From Candidatus Bathyarchaeia archaeon (GTDB lineage: Archaea; Thermoproteota; Bathyarchaeia; Bathyarchaeales; Bathycorpusculaceae), in the NCBI GenBank assembly GCA_049521795.1, contig JBEKOM010000001.1:1-64000 (forward strand): DNA of 64,000 nt, given 5' to 3'. Of this stretch, positions 58,908 to 64,000 are shown in pieces (the first letter of the stretch is position 1; every line of letters begins with the position of its first letter). The notes beneath the pieces were generated by a model, which searched no databases, was not told where the DNA came from, and worked only from the letters and a program-made list of their open reading frames with translations. The position numbers and the translations under genes were made by a program.

Positions 58908-61154
58908 CTAAGCATTCGGATAATCTTGGTAGTACTTTTGCCAGTCGATTTTGTAGAGGCACACAAGTGGCACAAGCCCGCCGTAATTGCTCTGTGAGGC
59001 AGTGGGCGTCAAGGTCTCACCTGAGAAGAACTCTTCCGTAAAGTACGTAGGCTGAGTAACGTTGCCAGCGTCAGGGTCGCTAACGCTGTTGACCGTACAC
59101 CAACGGTCTTTTCCCCAGCTCATCAACTTGTACACCGTTGAGTTTAATCCAACGCTGTTCCACACCCACGCGTTAGTCGTGTTGTCGAACGCGCCGAACG
59201 TGGTCTCATTTTGCCAGGAAGAGGCCTGGTCGATAAGGTTGTTACTTATGAACCGTTGTTGCGCGTTTCCGGAAATCTTTGCCATCCAAGTCCACTTTCC
59301 GTTGTCGCCGCCCGCCCAGTCAACCCAGCTTCCCTGGTAGCTAAAAGTGTCGAACACAAGTATGTATTGCGCGTCGTATTTCTTCAGCATGTTCACCGAA
59401 TAAGTCTCGTTTGCCATAAAGATGAACCCAAGATTCTCTATCTGCGTACTGTTAATCGTGGCGTTGTCGGCAATCGTGGTGACGTTTCCCAGGAAGGTCA
59501 GCCAGTATCCGTAGTCCCACCAACTGACCACAACGGTGGAAGAGCTTTGGAAGTCGTTCAGGTATTTCAGCATGTCGAACCACTGTGTGACAGGCTGATT
59601 GGGCGTCACCGAAAGACTGCCTCCGGTGACCGTGACTGGCTGGTAAGCTTGTCTGTAGACTGTAGGTACACCGCCAGATTGTGGCGAAAATGCTAGGTTT
59701 GTCATCAGAACTATGAATATTAGGAAAATGGCAACTCCGCTGAACTCTTTTCCCACGTGCTCCAGAGCTCTTCTTTTTCCAGCCAATCTCGGCGGTTCCT
59801 TCAACAAGGTCACAAACGGTTTTGACATGCCCACTATTCCTACAGCCGCGACAAGAGCGAACGCAGGAGCCAAAATGACCATCAAGCGCACCTCTGAAGC
59901 AGCGAAGTAAACGGTCGTCAAAGCAAAGAGCAGCATGAAGAGATTCTTATTCGTAAGGTTCCTTGCAAGAAAGAATAGACCCACGCCAAAGAAGAGTATC
60001 GCTATGCCAAGGTCGTAGTACATTGAACCCCAAGAAGATATCCTGTGTTCAGCCACAGACTCTATTAGCGCGACATCCCCTCGCAGGTACGGATTTAGAA
60101 CCGTAAGGATCTTTCCAGATATGCGCGTCATGTAACCGGACAACGTGAGCACGGTGAAACTGCCGATTATTCCCGCTACGAACACCACGACAAACATGAA
60201 CTTTTCCCTGGCGGAGGTCAGGTTGTTGATGATCTCGTTCAGACAAAGAAGACCGAAGACTGCTGCAACAGGCAAGATGGCGGACGTAACGGCGAAATCG
60301 GTTGTGATTTCAGTTCGGGTGCTCATAGCAAAGAGGAGACTCGGCCCGAAAGTCAAACCATAAACCAAAAAGAGGCGCCGCGAGTATCTCTTAAGCAGGA
60401 GCAACGCGAAAACGAAGAGCGCGGCCAGGTCTATCGGATAGTATGACGCGCCCCATCCAAGAACGAAGTAAGTTAAGGCGACGCCTGATCCAAGTGAGTA
60501 TGCAACTGTTGAACCTATCGGCCTTTCTTCATCAACGGCCCTTAGGAAGAAAAGAATGAAGGCTGGGAGCGCAACGATGCCAACGTTTTCGGTGGTAAAG
60601 AAGCCCAGCGTAATCTTGGTGATGACAGCGGGGCTTATCGCCAAGAAGAGGGCCGCAAGCAAGCCGACAGGTTTTCCTCCCAAGTCCTTTCCAAGGAAAT
60701 AGAGTATTAAAGCGCCGAGCGCGGCCATTATTGGAGGCAACAGCGCCAAGAAGGCCATCAAGTCGAAGTTAACGCCCAAGAACGTCACGATTTCGTAAAG
60801 GACAGACCCAACGAATGGCAACCCAGGGAGAGACACCCCCATGTTTATACCGTCTGGGTACCAGCGCTGCTTGTCAACCCATTGCGTAGGCCAGTAGGGC
60901 GACAGCAAACCATGAGTCGTCATCTCCTTCGCAAGACTGTACTGATAGTACGGGTCAAACTCCGAAAGATGAATTGTCCCTAATTGTATCTCCCAACGAA
61001 GCGGCAGCACACGTATGGTGAAAGCCAGGAGGAGGACGAGCAGCAAGGCCGAAGAAGTTAAGATTTGAGTATGGTTTACTTTGGGTCGCAGTTTTCCTAG
61101 GCTCTTTATGCCTTTGACAAGACTCTCTCTTGATAGGACGCTGCTGAGCTTCAC
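58908..61154 (-). CDS. aglB: Oligosaccharyltransferase AglB (STT3)
   Basis: EFDPY, SVAEH, WWDYG, ADNAT; many TM helices. Start GTG 61154 is inferred (ORF extends to 61214). Confidence 0.95.
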   Translation of the reverse strand: MKLSSVLSRESLVKGIKSLGKLRPKVNHTQILTSSALLLVLLLAFTIRVLPLRWEIQLGTIHLSEFDPYYQYSLAKEMTTHGLLSPYWPTQWVDKQRWYPDGINMGVSLPGLPFVGSVLYEIVTFLGVNFDLMAFLALLPPIMAALGALILYFLGKDLGGKPVGLLAALFLAISPAVITKITLGFFTTENVGIVALPAFILFFLRAVDEERPIGSTVAYSLGSGVALTYFVLGWGASYYPIDLAALFVFALLLLKRYSRRLFLVYGLTFGPSLLFAMSTRTEITTDFAVTSAILPVAAVFGLLCLNEIINNLTSAREKFMFVVVFVAGIIGSFTVLTLSGYMTRISGKILTVLNPYLRGDVALIESVAEHRISSWGSMYYDLGIAILFFGVGLFFLARNLTNKNLFMLLFALTTVYFAASEVRLMVILAPAFALVAAVGIVGMSKPFVTLLKEPPRLAGKRRALEHVGKEFSGVAIFLIFIVLMTNLAFSPQSGGVPTVYRQAYQPVTVTGGSLSVTPNQPVTQWFDMLKYLNDFQSSSTVVVSWWDYGYWLTFLGNVTTIADNATINSTQIENLGFIFMANETYSVNMLKKYDAQYILVFDTFSYQGSWVDWAGGDNGKWTWMAKISGNAQQRFISNNLIDQASSWQNETTFGAFDNTTNAWVWNSVGLNSTVYKLMSWGKDRWCTVNSVSDPDAGNVTQPTYFTEEFFSGETLTPTASQSNYGGLVPLVCLYKIDWQKYYQDYPNA

Positions 61155-61289
61155 TCTTGGTTCATCTCTTACACACAGTTCTTGGAGGTGTTTTATTTTC
61201 CTTGCGGTTAACAACGTCTACGGAAGTGTTCAGATGAGAAGCGCCGTTCATATAAGCCTTTCCGACCCTCAAACAACCTGAAACAGACG

Positions 61290-62441
61290 CTACGCTCGTT
61301 CTGTTCTTCGCTTGTAGCCGTATTTTTCAGGGTCGTAGAGCGGGAACGCTTCTATCTTGCTCTTTGTCATCTTGCCGCGTATGTTTACGTTTATGAGTGT
61401 GCCTTTTTCGGCATAGGAAGCTTGAACATACCCCATACCGACGCCGCACTTAAGAAGCGGCGAAAAAGTGCCGCTCGTCACCCGACCAATCCTTTCCCCT
61501 ACGGGCGAATAGATTTCAAAACCTGGTCTAGGTATTCCCTGATCAGTCATCCCTATTCCAATGCGTTTGCGTTTCAATCCTTCAGTTTTCTGTTTAAGCA
61601 ACGCTTCTTTCCCAATGAATCTTTCCTTCTGCAGTTTTACAACGAAGCCAAGTCCTGCTTCTAGAGGCGTTGTACCTTCATCGATGTCATTTCCGTAGAG
61701 ACACAGCCCAGCTTCAAGTCGGAGTGTGTCTCTGGCTCCTAGGCCGCAAGGTTCTATTCCGAAGTTCTTACCAGCTTCGATAATCGCGTTCCACACTTTC
61801 ACAGCCAAGTCTGGCTTCTCTAGTGAAGCGTCCCACACGAAGACTTCGAACCCGTCTTCTCCAGTGTAACCTGTTCGAGAAAGAAAAACATCCACATCTG
61901 CCAGACGCGAATGACCACACTTGAACCTTCCAATTTCACCTAGGTCTTTACTGGAGGTTTTCTGAAGCGTCTTTTCAGCATTCGGACCTTGAACTGCAAA
62001 CATTGCCACGTTATCCGACACATCCTCAATCCTCACATTGAAGCCCTTCGCATTCTTGATAAACCAGTTGTAATCCTTTTCACGATTGCTCGCGTTGAAG
62101 ACTACTAGAAACTTTTCTGTCTCAAGCCGATACACGACAAAGTCGTCTACTATACCGCCAGTTTGAATGCACATGACCGAGTATTGGGCACTGTCCGATG
62201 AGAGGATCGAGACATCGTTCGTCATGACGTAGTTCAAAAAACGTTCTGCGTCAGCACCTGTGACCACCACGCGCCCCATGTGGCTGATGTCAAAGATGCC
62301 GACGCTGTTGCGTACAGCCATATGTTCAGGTGCTATGTCTTTGTAGTAAAGCGGCATTTCAAAGCCTGCGAAGACCGTTAGTTTAGCTGCTTTCATATGC
62401 ATTTCGTGTAGTTGTGTCCTTCGGATTGCTTCGCCGTTCAA
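61290..62441 (-). CDS. gcvT: Glycine cleavage system T protein (aminomethyltransferase)
   Basis: FAGFEMP, FDISHMG, RTGYTGEDGFE, GLGARDTLRLEAG. Confidence 0.96.
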   Translation of the reverse strand: MNGEAIRRTQLHEMHMKAAKLTVFAGFEMPLYYKDIAPEHMAVRNSVGIFDISHMGRVVVTGADAERFLNYVMTNDVSILSSDSAQYSVMCIQTGGIVDDFVVYRLETEKFLVVFNASNREKDYNWFIKNAKGFNVRIEDVSDNVAMFAVQGPNAEKTLQKTSSKDLGEIGRFKCGHSRLADVDVFLSRTGYTGEDGFEVFVWDASLEKPDLAVKVWNAIIEAGKNFGIEPCGLGARDTLRLEAGLCLYGNDIDEGTTPLEAGLGFVVKLQKERFIGKEALLKQKTEGLKRKRIGIGMTDQGIPRPGFEIYSPVGERIGRVTSGTFSPLLKCGVGMGYVQASYAEKGTLINVNIRGKMTKSKIEAFPLYDPEKYGYKRRTERA

Positions 62442-62461
62442 ACCTCTATCCTCTTTAAGAA

Positions 62462-62626
62462 CTATTTAGCAGGCTTCACGTCCACATCGATAGGTATAAG
62501 GGAAAGCTTCTTCCCACACTTCGGGCATTTTCCCTCGAGCTCGTGCAAGATCTCATCAGGGGGTCGCAATTCAGCACCTTCATACAGTATGTGACCGCAT
62601 CCTTCACAGGCAACTCGTTGAGGCAT
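62462..62626 (-). CDS. 54-aa Zn-ribbon protein (below ORF-track cutoff)
   Basis: MPQRVACEGCGHILYEGAELRPPDEILHELEGKCPKCGKKLSLIPIDVDVKPAK*, directly upstream of gcvT. Confidence 0.75.
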   Translation of the reverse strand: MPQRVACEGCGHILYEGAELRPPDEILHELEGKCPKCGKKLSLIPIDVDVKPAK

Positions 62627-63140
62627 GACAACTGTGCTCCTAGTGATGATAAAAGAAGTAAACGACCATGACGTATTTATCGGTTGCTAGGCAAGCGAAC
62701 TCGATCCCGTTCAATGCAGCACGTGATGTCCTGATTCTGAATTGCAGGCCGTTCCCAGTTTCGCTTTTTCACACCACTAACGAACCCACCCCTAGGTTTT
62801 TTCTGCAGCAAACACCGCGATGCGATCTTTAACGGATGCCTAAATCCTTCTCGATCATTGACCTGCCACTTTCAGCATGAAAGTCGGAACTTGTGCTAGG
62901 TCGCCAACTTCATCGGTTTCCTGCCATAGCCTTTCCCAGCTTTCAAACCTTGACCTTGTTACTTCACGTCTCAAGGAGATAGAACATAGTTTGTCATTTT
63001 TCAGCCTTCTTGATTCGTGCCAGTCTCCGGAAAAGACGCCATGGAGCAACGAAGCCGCCAAGGCAGGCAAAATCTTAATCTCCTCTCAACCTTTACTTTG
63101 AACGATATGTGGGAAGAAATATCAGCGGCTCGTATAACGT

Positions 63141-64000
63141 ATGAATAGGTACACCCTGATCATAACGGAGAAGCCGGATGCTGCACGAAGAATCGCCTGT
63201 GCCCTTGACGAACTGGAAAAGCCCAGGAAACTGTCGGACAACGGCGTGCCTTACTACGTAGCTAAGCGTGACGCGGAAATAGTTGTAGTTCCAGCCTTGG
63301 GTCATCTGTACACGATTGCTGACGAGCTGAAGGGAAGAAACCACTACCCGGTCTTCAATTTTAGATGGGTGCCGAGATACGTTGCCGAGAGAGGAGCAGC
63401 CCGGATTCGCGACTGGCTTCAGACTATCACGACGTTGGCAAAGAACGCTGAAGTTTTTATCGATGCTTGCGACTTCGACGTGGAAGGGTGCGTCATCGGT
63501 TACTGCATACTTAAACATGCTTGCGGGGGCAAGGAACACGTATCCAAGCGAATGAAATTCTCAACTCTGACGAAGCGGGAATTGGAAAAAGCCTACGCTC
63601 AACCATTACCACACTTGGATTTTGGCCTGATAGAAGCAGGACTTACGAGGCACGAAGTCGATTGGCTGTACGGCATAAACCTTTCAAGGGCCCTTACTAT
63701 CGCAACCAGAAAATGCAGCGGGAAGTACGCAACACTAACTACCGGAAGAGTCCAAGGCCCAACTCTAAAGTTTCTCGTTGCAAGAGAAGAAGCTATCAGA
63801 AGCTTCGTGCCGACGCCGTACTGGAAAATCAGAGCCCAAGTCGAGATCGACGGCCGAATCTTTGAAGCGAGATACGTAGAAGAAAGAATTGAGAACAGGA
63901 ACGAAGCGGAAACTATCGCAAACTCTTGCATAGACAAGAAAGGGCAGGTTGAAGAAATCGAGATCAAACAATTCAAGCAACCACCACCCTTCCCTTTTAA
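63141..64000 (+). CDS. topA: DNA topoisomerase IA, 5' part
   Basis: Not in ORF track because there is no stop in the window. MNRYTLIITEKPDAARRIA...GHL...ACDFDVEG...RMKFS...DWLYGINLSR...GRVQGPTL. Confidence 0.95.
   Translation, partial: MNRYTLIITEKPDAARRIACALDELEKPRKLSDNGVPYYVAKRDAEIVVVPALGHLYTIADELKGRNHYPVFNFRWVPRYVAERGAARIRDWLQTITTLAKNAEVFIDACDFDVEGCVIGYCILKHACGGKEHVSKRMKFSTLTKRELEKAYAQPLPHLDFGLIEAGLTRHEVDWLYGINLSRALTIATRKCSGKYATLTTGRVQGPTLKFLVAREEAIRSFVPTPYWKIRAQVEIDGRIFEARYVEERIENRNEAETIANSCIDKKGQVEEIEIKQFKQPPPFPF

Noticed and set aside
62855-63101. Overlapping 71-74 aa ORFs upstream of topA
   Set aside because: No motifs or clear translation signals; cannot be supported.

Overview
Archaeal chromosomal window, most consistent with a TACK-group archaeon, probably Bathyarchaeia. 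This is inferred from PolB1-type polymerase, L35ae, the exosome/proteasome superoperon, a TackOD1-like protein and expanded REC-PAS kinases. Layout: (1-9.8 kb) three paralogous PAS sensor-kinase genes with a conserved 5' module, interrupted by a decayed mobile-element remnant (VapBC, integrase pseudogene). (10-15 kb) a bacterial-type proline iminopeptidase and a redox/O2-stress cluster. (15.7-24.4 kb) psmA-SBDS-rrp4-rrp41-rrp42-L37ae-pcc1-pfdB-DHH-ECF. (25-31.8 kb) a type IV pilus locus. (33-36.9 kb) endonuclease IV and two moeA. (37-47.3 kb) an AT-rich accessory hotspot. (48-64 kb) housekeeping genes: aIF-1A, L35ae, speB, RsmB, polB, queT, aglH, aglB, gcvT, topA. Two candidates for undescribed systems stand out. 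(i) In the 37-44.5 kb island, unrelated short genes are each preceded by copies of the same ~28-39 bp promoter-like repeats, next to an atypical tyrosine recombinase and bounded by a 19-bp direct repeat. It looks like an integron-like cassette array without canonical attC sites. (ii) The queT 5' leader can fold into an SD-sequestering pseudoknot with preQ1-II-like architecture, a candidate archaeal riboswitch. No complete tRNA, rRNA or CRISPR array was seen. All family calls come from motif recognition by eye; no database searches were run.
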